Shown here: piece after piece, positions 48,601-57,700 of the stretch
Layout: the number at the start of each line of letters is the position of its first letter
How positions within the stretch are numbered: the stretch's first letter is position 1
Assembly (NCBI GenBank): GCA_947466585.1
Contig: CANIEU010000011.1
Span: 2,285 to 66,284, forward strand
Origin: Fibrobacterota bacterium
Lineage (GTDB): Bacteria > Fibrobacterota > Fibrobacteria > UBA11236
Direction: 5' to 3'
Length of the DNA stretch: 64,000 nucleotides
Translations under genes and position numbers: made by a program
Notes under the pieces: generated by a model
Told to the model about the DNA's origin: nothing
The model's database searches: none
The model's input: the letters and a program-made list of their open reading frames with translations, nothing else

Positions 48601-49509
48601 GCTGGCGGATTCGGAAAGCATCATGAACTGGGTGATGGTGTCGCCCGCTGCAGTGACGATGCCGAGAGAATCTCCCTTGAGCGCGGCGTTCGTCGAATTC
48701 GCCAGAAACTGAAAGTCTGGTTTGGTGACGAAAAAATCCGTGAAATCGTTGGGCGTGTTCGCGCCCAGGTAACCTAAGGTGCCTCCGTCGACCAGACGTG
48801 AGTGACCGGCGTGGAAGATCAGAAAGGCGCGATGTTTTTTGGATGAGGGGTTCGCCAACGCTTCGGCATGTGCGATCTTGAACGGATTCGTGGCTGGATC
48901 GGCGACGTCGTACTTGTCGGCGGTTTCGCTCACGAAACTCATGAGCGCCACGGCGCGTTCAACGGCGAAATCGCTGGTCTTCTGCTTGGCTTTTTTGTCT
49001 TCGAGCGCGGGATTGTAGGCCTTCATACGCTTCGAGAGACGTATGGGCACGACCAAGCTGTCATTGTTGGCGTTCGGTGCGGGGAAAATCCTGGGTTTGA
49101 TCACCACGCGCCCGCCGGAGACCTTGTCGAAATAATCTTGGGCGAACTCGAAGCGCTTGGTGAGGTAATAGGCCGAACGACGCAACGAGGAGCCGTTCGG
49201 ATCCAGATCGTATTTGTCTTTGTCCGACCCGAAAGTTCCCCAACCCGTGGTGCTCTTCTCGTCGCTCAACTCTTCGCTGGCAAACTCCACGTAGAGCACG
49301 AACACTTCGAGGGTGTCGGGGGTGCCGATCGCCGCGCTTTTGAACAGCTTCGCCGGGGCGGCGGCTGCGGGGATAGGTAGTGCTGCTGCACCGAGGAAGC
49401 TGACCAGGGGTAACGCCGCCCATATTGTGGTCCGGGGCGCCGACCGAAAAGGACGGGCGAGGCGAGAGAAAAAGGACGGGGAGGCGGAGGGGAAAACCGG
49501 CACGGGCAT
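45691..49509 (-). CDS. Large secreted M6 (immune inhibitor A)-like protein with FG-GAP repeats and T9SS-like CTD; zinc motif degenerate
   Basis: V.F, DYF..VS.G, IFHAG, GLPDL.D, G.F.VM, SAW.R..MGW, EYLLVENRQ, G.LVWH. FG-GAP ADFDRDG and ADLNGD. CTD LYPSP...VYDLSGR. Confidence 0.78.
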   Translation of the reverse strand: MPVPVFPSASPSFFSRLARPFRSAPRTTIWAALPLVSFLGAAALPIPAAAAPAKLFKSAAIGTPDTLEVFVLYVEFASEELSDEKSTTGWGTFGSDKDKYDLDPNGSSLRRSAYYLTKRFEFAQDYFDKVSGGRVVIKPRIFPAPNANNDSLVVPIRLSKRMKAYNPALEDKKAKQKTSDFAVERAVALMSFVSETADKYDVADPATNPFKIAHAEALANPSSKKHRAFLIFHAGHSRLVDGGTLGYLGANTPNDFTDFFVTKPDFQFLANSTNAALKGDSLGIVTAAGDTITQFMMLSESASQDKINWGINGILINQLARQMGLPDLFDVVKGISSVGTFDVMDFAGYNSMQGFLPVFPSAWVRTFMGWDDPVVARPADAGNNTWSDYRLNAADQPAANRVRTVKVPINEREYLLVENRQRSAGKDSVTVWFSLPASDVDYRFTKDSSVTVAYNFLDSLFLDSLCTGTGNNPCATKTKNPRRPRGVITRASNYDAGLPGNGMLVWHVNEWFLEQILPSGAVNAWLGDTLRNQYKGLELVEADGVPSVGKEFSDPLGQPAFDYGTARDMLPHIFRKRKNPPKDTTWSATDTLSVIGSYGFANTNAWNDGRTHITLEGLLPASPALARGVSSFSGDSVFTFRDTSLTLRVHWADNNTVQRPTGSRWPVRTAAAGNPRAVNVLRDGSGRAYVISAADSGLFQTYTALGRPALASRDTVRDQAFYDSVHVLLSSGNTRPDNAALVNSMVNPGGIVLGSAVAADSLLFVLTPQGLRAVHARADSLNVAWDPDTTLTLHLRGGNDTLFSFAGKAGPMVWGGRVFALDSANNLRWWNANLSGTDGGLEALPAGNWQTLAGVVFGTGSDSSQVLVAGRTSGAGALLRMNPSAPAAPRFVALNLVWGSGFANDSNERYSVTVADFDRDGSDDALLLGSRGAALIAHVRADKAGQTLSGWPQRLPRRAALVDSFGTYYTEDASPPALADLNGDHRPDIVFTGANGVYAYDWHGAVVRGWPFRPQPHQEVGLGYSNRNYLSGAMIGSTPLALTVRGATTVLVASPDGLVYAVDSNGRAVSYSSLLANPAATQGSGKLMSDQADWPLSVGGLSLDSNRSPFVHISLARLDTGTGDLNLIAQTATGLLSVWNLGNARGALAGWLMPGGDAGRAQRLDLSALALPAVEVDREAIEEFHLYPSPLRGGIAKIHLKIGAPGTIMRLRVYDLSGRALKDQTFALNAAGLQPVREFDLRSLGPDVYSVLCEVTFAGGKKTAWQRLGVVK

Positions 49510-49575
49510 AGGCGGGATAAGGTACAAAGCACGGGGACAGAGAGCCTTTGCGCTCCCCCTGCTATCTTTCTTTCC

Positions 49576-50196
49576 ATGAAATCAACGGTGCGGTATCATG
49601 CAGGGCGCGGACTCGTGGCGGGATGGCTGATCTTCCTCCTGCTGGCGGCTCTCGCCTATCTCACGCCCGCGCGTCTGTCTGTGATGCGTTTTGCCGGCCG
49701 CGATTACACCGCACTGATGATGGAGCACAGCGCTCGGGAACAGGCGCTGCAGGCCTTGCAGCCGAACGGGAACACGCGTTCCTTCGCCCGCGACCAGGAG
49801 TCCGCCGTGGCGCGCGCGCGAACGGCCCTCGCCGATGCGGACATGCGCATTGTCGCATGGGCTCGTGCCAACGCGCGCATTTCACCGTTCGGCTTTTTGG
49901 GCTGGCTTTCCGATCTGTGGCCATGGTTGTTGGGGCTCGGGATCGGATTGCTGTTGTTCGGGGGCCTGATCGGCGTGCAGATCCGGGAAGCCCGGGACGC
50001 GGCGGCCGGCCGGAGTGCCTTACCCGTTGCCGAGATCCCCGCGGCATCAGGGGTTCCCGAGGTACACGAATCCGTGTCAGCTCCCATCGAACCTTCGTCC
50101 TGGAGTTGGAACGCCGCGCCCGTGGTGCGCCCTGCGCAACCCCGCCCCAAGACCCCGCCCGTCAAAAGCCCGCATGGGTTGGATGGCGAAACCTGA
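49576..50196 (+). CDS. Hypothetical two-TM membrane protein with Pro-rich tail
   Basis: Two hydrophobic helices; abuts truA; TATCTT lies 7 nt before ATG. Confidence 0.6.
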   Translation: MKSTVRYHAGRGLVAGWLIFLLLAALAYLTPARLSVMRFAGRDYTALMMEHSAREQALQALQPNGNTRSFARDQESAVARARTALADADMRIVAWARANARISPFGFLGWLSDLWPWLLGLGIGLLLFGGLIGVQIREARDAAAGRSALPVAEIPAASGVPEVHESVSAPIEPSSWSWNAAPVVRPAQPRPKTPPVKSPHGLDGET

Positions 50197-50946
50197 ATGC
50201 CGCGTTACCGGATCACCATCGAATACTTCGGCGCTCCCTACGCCGGGTGGCAGTTGCAAAACGGGCCCACCACCGTGCAGGGAGAGCTGGAGCGCGCTCT
50301 GGAGACGGTCGTGCGCAGACCGGTGCGTCTGCAGGGCGCCGGTCGCACCGACTCGGGAGTGCATGCCACCGGGCAGGTCGCGCACTTCGATCTGGAAGAA
50401 TCGATGGAACCCCGCCGCCTGCAGCATGCGTTGAACGCGTTGGCCGGGCCGCATATCCGCGTGCGCGGTATGGAGTGCTGCGACGACGCATTTCACGCGC
50501 GCTTCGACGCCCTCTCGCGCCGCTACCGGTACCGGATCGCCTTGCGTCCGGTGGCCTTGCTCGGCCCCATCAGTTGGCATCCGGTTTGGCCGTTCGACCC
50601 GGAGCTTTTCGGTTCCGAACTGGCGCGCGCCAAGGGCAAACGCGATTTCCTAAACTTCTCCGTGCCGCGTGACGACGGCAAATCCACCCTCTGCGACCTG
50701 CTCCGCGCCGAAACCGTGCGCGAGGGAGCGTTTCTGCATGTGCATATCGAAGCCGACCGGTTTCTGCACAAGATGGTGCGTTCGCTGATCGGTGCGGCCT
50801 TCGATGTGGCACGAGGCGCCCATGCGCCGGGCCTCATTCCGGCCATTCTCGAAAGCCGGTTCGACGGAGAGCGGTTTTGGGCCCCGCCGCAGGGATTGAG
50901 CCTCGAACGGGTGACTTATCCGGACGGATACTCCGCCGGCGATTGA
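50197..50946 (+). CDS. truA: tRNA pseudouridine(38-40) synthase
   Basis: Y.GWQ.Q, AGRTDSGVHA, FHARF.A..R.YRY, FL.KMVR, APPQGL.L. Confidence 0.95.
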   Translation: MPRYRITIEYFGAPYAGWQLQNGPTTVQGELERALETVVRRPVRLQGAGRTDSGVHATGQVAHFDLEESMEPRRLQHALNALAGPHIRVRGMECCDDAFHARFDALSRRYRYRIALRPVALLGPISWHPVWPFDPELFGSELARAKGKRDFLNFSVPRDDGKSTLCDLLRAETVREGAFLHVHIEADRFLHKMVRSLIGAAFDVARGAHAPGLIPAILESRFDGERFWAPPQGLSLERVTYPDGYSAGD

Positions 50947-51009
50947 ACCGAAAATTGAGCGGAAGACAAGAACGCAACAGAACGGGCCCGCGGGCCGAAG
51001 GAAGACACC

Positions 51010-51321
51010 ATGGAGCGCAACAAAAACCTCGGCTGGACCATCTTTTTCGTGGTGCTTGGCTTGATCATCGGCGGGGTGCTCGGAGAATCGCTCGGGTATA
51101 TCCTCGGCAAGTTCGGGGAAATGAGCGGTGGTGGCGCCGATAACCCCATCCGTAACTTTTTCGTGAAGGCGCTTGAAATCGACCTTGGCTACAACGGCGG
51201 CGGTTGGACGCTTGATCTCTACATGTTCAAGGCGCGACTGGGATTCGCCTTTAAGTTCAATGTCTGCAGCCTGGTCGGCATGGGCGCGGCCCTGTACACG
51301 CTGAAATGGTGGCGGAACTAG
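51010..51321 (+). CDS. DUF4321-like small membrane protein
   Basis: SD GGAAG, G.IIGG.LG, LDL....LG...FN..SLVG. Confidence 0.7.
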   Translation: MERNKNLGWTIFFVVLGLIIGGVLGESLGYILGKFGEMSGGGADNPIRNFFVKALEIDLGYNGGGWTLDLYMFKARLGFAFKFNVCSLVGMGAALYTLKWWRN

Positions 51322-51323
51322 TT

Positions 51324-51530
51324 GGGAGACGGTAGACGGTAGTCGGTTGAGGGTAGGGAACACCTTGGTCGCGGAATCCTCATCCCGAACCAGTTGGTCC
51401 CACCTTTCCTGAATTGCGGATTTCCGGCAAAACTTCCCTTTATTCTCTGACTTTCCGGAGCTGAAATTGGGGGGAATCCCTGCGTTTTCTGCCTACTACC
51501 TACTACCTACTACCGTCTACCTACTACCTT
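51324..51530. repeat. Inverted heptamer-array element (GGTAGAC family), second copy
   Basis: Five degenerate 7-mers at 51324-51358 and five TACTACC/GTCTACC units at 51494-51528. Confidence 0.75.
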
Positions 51531-51537
51531 TCCCCCC

Positions 51538-52971
51538 ATGTCCACGCTATCCGAAATCGCGCGCAAGGTCCAAAAAGGTGAAATTTCAGCGGAAAAGACG
51601 GTTCAGGAGTCCCTGGATCGCGTCGCTGCGGCACAAGGGCTGAACGCCTACATCTCGGTGCTGCCCGAATACGCGCTCGAAAAAGCGCGCGACCTCGATC
51701 GTCGCATCGCCTCCGGTGAAACCGTCGGGCCGCTGGCCGGGGTGCCCATTGCGATCAAGGACAACATCGTTGTCGCTGCTGGAAAAACCACCTGCGGCTC
51801 GCACATTCTCGAGAACTTCGAATCGCCCTACGACGCCACCGTGATCGGACGCCTGCTGGCGGCCGGCGCCGTTCCCGTCGGCAAAACCAACCTCGACGAG
51901 TTCGCCATGGGATCCACCTCGGAGACCAGCGCATTCGGCGCTCCCGTCAACCCGATCGACGCCGGCATCACTCCCGGCGGTTCGTCGGGCGGCTCTGCGG
52001 TGGCGGTGGCTTCGGGCACCGTGCCCGTCTCGCTCGGATCCGATACCGGCGGTTCCATCCGTCAGCCCGCGGCATGCTGCGGCATCGTCGGCATGAAGCC
52101 GACCTACGGCCGCGTGTCGCGTTACGGCCTGGTGGCGTATGCATCCTCGCTCGATCAGATCGGCCCCTTCGCCCGCAACGTCGCCGATGCGGCCTTGCTG
52201 CTCAACACGCTCGCCGGTTTCGACGCGCGCGACAACACCTCCTCGACGCAGGTGATCCCCGACTTCACGTCCGCACTCGGTGGCAGCCTCAAAGGCAAGA
52301 CCATCGGCATTCCTAAAGAAGCCTTCGGCGAAGGATTGGACGCCGGAGTGGAGGCTTCGGTGCGCGCAGCGCTCGCAGCCTGCGAGCGTGAGGGCGCGAA
52401 GATCGTCGAGATCCATTTGCCCGCCCTCAAGTTCGCCGTGGCGGCCTACTACGTGATCGCCACCGCCGAAGCCTCGGCGAACCTGTCGCGCTATGACGGC
52501 GTGCGCTACACCCACCGCACCTCGAACCCCAAAAACCTGATGGAGCTTTACTCCAAAAGCCGTTCAGAGGGATTCGGCGCCGAAGTGAAGAAGCGCATTC
52601 TGCTCGGCACCTACGTGCTCTCCTCCGGTTTTTACGACGCCTACTACATGCAGGCGCAGAAGGCGCGCCGTGTGCTCACGGCCGATTTTGAAAAGGCCTT
52701 CGCGCAGTGCGACGTGATCGCCATGCCCACCATGCCGGCGCCTCCGCCGAAGGTGGGGGACATCTTCAAAGATCCGATGGCGATTTACTTGCAAGACATT
52801 TACACCGTGGGCGTGAACCTTGCCGGTCTGCCGGCGATCTCTTTGCCTGTGGCTTCCACCGAGGGCATGCCCGTAGGTTTGCAATTGATCGGTCGAGCCT
52901 TCGGTGAGACTGAACTGTTCGGCATCGCTGCAGGCGCGGAACGTTCCGCAGCCGGGATGGGCGCGGGATGA
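51538..52971 (+). CDS. gatA: Asp/Glu-tRNA amidotransferase subunit A
   Basis: IKDNI, GKTNLDEFAMGS, PGGSSGGSA, GSDTGGSIRQPA, EASANLSRYDG, RILLGT.VLS.G.YDAYY. Confidence 0.96.
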   Translation: MSTLSEIARKVQKGEISAEKTVQESLDRVAAAQGLNAYISVLPEYALEKARDLDRRIASGETVGPLAGVPIAIKDNIVVAAGKTTCGSHILENFESPYDATVIGRLLAAGAVPVGKTNLDEFAMGSTSETSAFGAPVNPIDAGITPGGSSGGSAVAVASGTVPVSLGSDTGGSIRQPAACCGIVGMKPTYGRVSRYGLVAYASSLDQIGPFARNVADAALLLNTLAGFDARDNTSSTQVIPDFTSALGGSLKGKTIGIPKEAFGEGLDAGVEASVRAALAACEREGAKIVEIHLPALKFAVAAYYVIATAEASANLSRYDGVRYTHRTSNPKNLMELYSKSRSEGFGAEVKKRILLGTYVLSSGFYDAYYMQAQKARRVLTADFEKAFAQCDVIAMPTMPAPPPKVGDIFKDPMAIYLQDIYTVGVNLAGLPAISLPVASTEGMPVGLQLIGRAFGETELFGIAAGAERSAAGMGAG

Positions 52972-53000
52972 TGCGGGGCGGAATGGAAAACCGTAGGACG

Positions 53001-53537
53001 ATGCCCGCATCGCCCCTGCGGATTTTCATTATCCTCTGCGGTTTATTGTCCTTGATCGCCTGCGCCCCGCCGGGGCCGCGACCCGCATACTCCCGTGAAC
53101 AAGGCACTTGGTCCTCGGCCCAACCTCCGGGCTATTCGTGGACCTCGCCCAACGATTTGGGACGCCCGAGCGGCGAAGCCTCCGATCTGCGGCGCGTGGC
53201 CGAAACCTATCTCGGCGTGCACTATCGCTGGGGCGGCGCCGACCGTAACGGCATGGATTGTTCCGGGTTCGTGCAGCGCGTGTTCGACGAAGCGCAAAGC
53301 ATGCAGTTGCCGCGCAACTCCGCGGCCATGGCGCGCTACGGAAAAAAGATCGACAAGGAAGATCTCAAGCCGGGCGATCTCGTGTTCTTCAAGCGCGTGC
53401 GTATCGACCACGTGGGCATCTATATGGGCGACGGCTATTTCATTCATTCGCAGAGCGGCATCGGCGTAACCTACACCAAGCTCGAGTCGCCGTATTTTTC
53501 GGAACACTACGCGGGCGCGAAACGCGTACTGAACTGA
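53001..53537 (+). CDS. NlpC/P60 (C40) peptidase lipoprotein
   Basis: Lipobox LIA-C, Y.WGG, DCSGF, LPRNS, PGDLVFF, HVGIY.G.G.FIHS. Confidence 0.92.
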   Translation: MPASPLRIFIILCGLLSLIACAPPGPRPAYSREQGTWSSAQPPGYSWTSPNDLGRPSGEASDLRRVAETYLGVHYRWGGADRNGMDCSGFVQRVFDEAQSMQLPRNSAAMARYGKKIDKEDLKPGDLVFFKRVRIDHVGIYMGDGYFIHSQSGIGVTYTKLESPYFSEHYAGAKRVLN

Positions 53538-53582
53538 ACGCCGCTGTCCGCTGTCCGCTCTGTCGTACGCTATCTTTTCTCC

Positions 53583-54458
53583 ATGATCATCGCATACCAA
53601 GGCGTTCCCGGGGCATATAGCGAAAAGGCCGCGCGCGCCCTGTTTCCGGGTTGCGCGACGTTGCCGTGCGACACGTTCGATGCCGTGTTCGAAGCCGTCG
53701 AAAAGAAACGTGCGGCGCGCGGCGTGATCCCGGTGGAAAATTCCCTGGCGGGAAGCATTCACCAGAACTACGATCTGTTGGTGCAACATGCGTTGCGCGT
53801 TACCGCCGAAACCTATGTGCGCGTGCAGCACGCGCTGCTCGCGCTTCCGGGTACGAAGCTCTCCGCCGTGCGCGCCGTGCGCTCGCATCCCCAGGCGCTG
53901 GCGCAATGCAGCGACTTTTTCGCCGCGCATCCGGGTATTCAGGCAGTGACTTGGTACGACACGGCGGGCGCCGCGCGCTCGCTGGTAGAAGATGCAGGTG
54001 GTTCGGCGGCCACCCTGAAAACCCTCGCCGCCATCGCCAGCGAGGCGGCCGCGGAGATCTACGGCCTGAAAATCTTGAAGCGCACGCTCCAGAACCGCGC
54101 GCACAACTACACCCGGTTTTTGGCGATCGCGCGCTCCGGCGCCCGGTTGTCGGTAGCCGAAACGTCGGCGCCGAAGGTGGCCGGTTTGAAAACAAGTCTG
54201 ACATTCATTCCGGCGCGCAATCGCCCGGGCGTGTTGCACGCGGTCACCGGATTGTTCGCGGCGCAGGGTATCGACCTGACCAAGGTTGAGTCGAGACCCG
54301 ATCCCGAAAATCCCTTCGACTACCGGTTCTACCTCGATGCGACCGGGGGCGCGCAGGAGCCCGACCTTAAAAAAGTGTTGGTCGAGCTGAAAAAATTCAC
54401 GCGTGATTTGAGGGTGCTCGGGAGTTATCCCTTGGCGGCTCTGCCCCGGACTCGCTAG
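53583..54458 (+). CDS. pheA: Prephenate dehydratase (monofunctional, with ACT domain)
   Basis: AYQG..GAYSE.A, PVENS..GS, SHPQALAQC, NYTRF, LTKVESRP. Confidence 0.93.
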   Translation: MIIAYQGVPGAYSEKAARALFPGCATLPCDTFDAVFEAVEKKRAARGVIPVENSLAGSIHQNYDLLVQHALRVTAETYVRVQHALLALPGTKLSAVRAVRSHPQALAQCSDFFAAHPGIQAVTWYDTAGAARSLVEDAGGSAATLKTLAAIASEAAAEIYGLKILKRTLQNRAHNYTRFLAIARSGARLSVAETSAPKVAGLKTSLTFIPARNRPGVLHAVTGLFAAQGIDLTKVESRPDPENPFDYRFYLDATGGAQEPDLKKVLVELKKFTRDLRVLGSYPLAALPRTR

Positions 54459-54738
54459 TCGGTGGCCTGACAACGGGTTATACCTTATTGTAGTTTAATT
54501 TAAAAAAACGTTCGTTTAATACAATTAAAGGACGTTCCGTCCCCGATTCTGGTAGGTAAATACCCCAGATTGCTCAAATAAAACCCGGAATCCAGTTAAA
54601 TATTCCAACTTCGCTGTTGCAACTGGCAATACATTAACGGGGCGCACCCTGTTTAAAATCAGAAATTCCCGGCGTTTCGGTCTCTTCGGAGTTTCGGAAC
54701 CCGGGGCGGTGACCGTATCATTGTTCTAGGGAGATCTC

Positions 54739-57700
54739 ATGAAAAAACTCGCATTATTCATCACCCTGATGTTGGCCTTCGCGATTTCCGCGAATGCTGC
54801 CGTCACCTCCGTCACCTGGAACTCGGTGAACGGCGGTACCAATGCCACGCGCGCCTTTACGGTGAACGCTGGAGCGCCGATCACGAACATCACCGCGACC
54901 ACGACGGGCGCGGCCTTGACGGCGAACCCCGGCGGTTGCGGCATTACGCCGACCCTGCCTGCAGGTTTGACCTGGACGCAGACGAGCACGACGGTCTGTA
55001 CCATCGCGGGTACCCCGACGGCCCCGTCGCCGACCAAGTCATACTTCATCAACTTCCGCTCTACCGGAAGCCCCACCGACTCGCTGTCGTTCATTACGCT
55101 GACGGTCGGTCCCATTACGAATCTCTCGTACCCGCGTCATTCGGCGCGCCTCGTTAAAAACATGGCGATCTCGTCCATCACCCCCACCATCACCGGAACG
55201 CCGACTGCGTACACGATCGCGGGTACGGGCGTCACCGATGCAGCCACCTTCAATACGGCCACCGGCCTGACCTTCAACACCAGCACCGGCAGCATCTCCG
55301 GTACGCCCAACACCAACCTCGCCCTCACCAAGTTCATCATCAACGCGAACGACGGCACCTTTAACCTCGCCGGCGGCACGGTCGGTTTGGTCGACAGCAT
55401 CAGCCTCCAGATCGTTGACGGGGTCGATTACTCCTCGTGGGCGTACTTCAAGAATATCGTAGTGACGCCGACTGGCTTGGGCGGCGATGTGGTCAATTAC
55501 CCCTTGCTCGTCAAACTGACCTCGAGCAATTTCAACTTCACTCAATCGCTTTCGACCATCGGTACTCTAACCGGTTCCGCCATCGCCGGCGGCGGTGGTG
55601 CCGATCTGCGCTTCACCGCTGCGGACGGACAGACCCCCCTCGCCTACCAGATCGAGCGTTGGGATTCCGCCGGACAGGTTGCGGAGATCTGGGTGAACGT
55701 GCCCACCGTTGCGAACGGTTCGAACACAACCGTCAAGATGTTCTGGGGTAAGACCGGTCAGACGACTACCTCCAGCGGTTCGAGCACCTTCCAGACTGCC
55801 GATAACGTGCAGGCCGTGTGGCACATGAACGCGAACGGCGCGGGCGACGAAATCGATGCGACCTCGAACGGATTCCTGGCCACTGCAGCTGGAACTGCTC
55901 CTACGAACAACGCGACATCTCTCATCGGCCTTGGCCGCACCTTTGGCGGCGCGGGTTTCTTCAAGCTGAGCACCCCGAGCACCGTCAGCAGCATTCTGAA
56001 CTTTCCCCAGGGCGGTCAGTACACCATTTCAAGCTGGGTAAATGCGAACACGACGCCGACCACGGCGCGCGTAATCGTGCACAAGTCCGATCAGGCCTAC
56101 TCCCTAAACATCAGCAGCAATAACCCCAACGGATTAACGTCGGGTCAACAATTCGAGGGCACGGAATTCACCGTGGTTCCGAACGCAACCGGTGCGGCGA
56201 ACTTGAGCAGCTTTTGGGCGCATACCTTTTCGCCCGTCACCTACTCGGTTTGGTCCAACGCGGTGCTCGTTCAGAACTATGGCGCCCGCAAACTTTATGT
56301 CAACGGTGCGCTGGCCGCCTATTCCGCTTCCCAGCCGTCGAGCTTCCTCAATGACCGTCAGGGCGCGAGCGCACGTACCACCAACTACGACGTCACGATC
56401 GGTGCCCAGTCCGGCACGGCTACCGGCAACGCTCCCGGTGGCGGAACCTACACGCGATTCTTCACTGGTGGAATGGATGAAATCTCCATGCACAACATCG
56501 CCCGTGACTCGGACTGGGTGAAGCTGAACTTCCAGACCCAGTGCTCCGCTGGTCTGCCCGCGAGCTGCCCGTTTTCACCCGTTGCCTACGGCGCGATCAC
56601 CGCAGCAGGTGCTCCGGTTGGCCTCACCTATGGGAACAACCCGGTCACCTACAAGCAGGGCCTCGTCATCGCGAGCAATGCACCTTCCACTACAAGCGGT
56701 GTGCCCACCTCGTATTCGATCGCTCCGAGCCTGAGCACCAATACCGGCCTGACCTTCAATACGGCCACCGGTGTGATCTCGGGTACCCCGACCTTGCTGT
56801 CGGGTGCGGTGAATTACCTCATCACCGCCACCAACGGCAGCGGTTCGGATACGGAAACGGTCACGATCACCGTGGTGCTGCCGACCAAACCCACCCACAG
56901 CTACACCGGCAGCCCCTATGCGCTGACCTCCACGCGCAGCGCTGGCACCATCACCCCCTCGAACTCGGGTGATATTGCCACTGCATGTTCGGCCACGCCG
57001 GCCTTGCCGACGGGTCTCTCGCTGAGCAGCGCCTGTGCCATTACGGGTACGCCGACCGTTAGCGCGGCATCCGCCGCTTACTCGATTCGTTCGAGCAACC
57101 CGGGCGGTGCCGATACGGCTGCGATCACCATCGCGGTTTCGGATACCTTGCCGACCATCACCACGCAACCCACGGCCAAGAATGCCGTGTTGGGTGCTTC
57201 CACCGTCAGCTTCATCGTGGGCGCGACCCGCGGCGGCGCGGCGACGGTGAATTACAAATGGGTGCGCACCAAGAGCGGTGCCGCCGGCGGCGCGGTCGAT
57301 ACGCTCCGCACCGCATTGGCGCGCTCCGCGCTCGCCGATACGCTGACGTTGCCGGCCGATTCGGTCAACACCGCGAACGACAGCTCGGCGTACAAGGTTC
57401 TGGTTTCGAACTCCGCCGGTTCGGTCGCGAGCAACTCCGTGTTGCTGCGCATCATTCCGACCGTGTCGTACTCGCCGGCAACCTTGGTGATCGGCAAGAC
57501 GGCCACCACCATCACCCCGACCACCACGGCTTCGATCACGGGTTGCACGTCCTCCCCGACGTTGCCCGCCGGTCTGACGATCGCCGCGACCACTTGCGTG
57601 ATCAGTGGCACCCCGACCGTCGGTTGGGTTCCCACCAACTACAGCATCACCCCCGTCGGCCCCGGCGGCACGGGCACGGCCTTCGTACTGAACCTCATGG

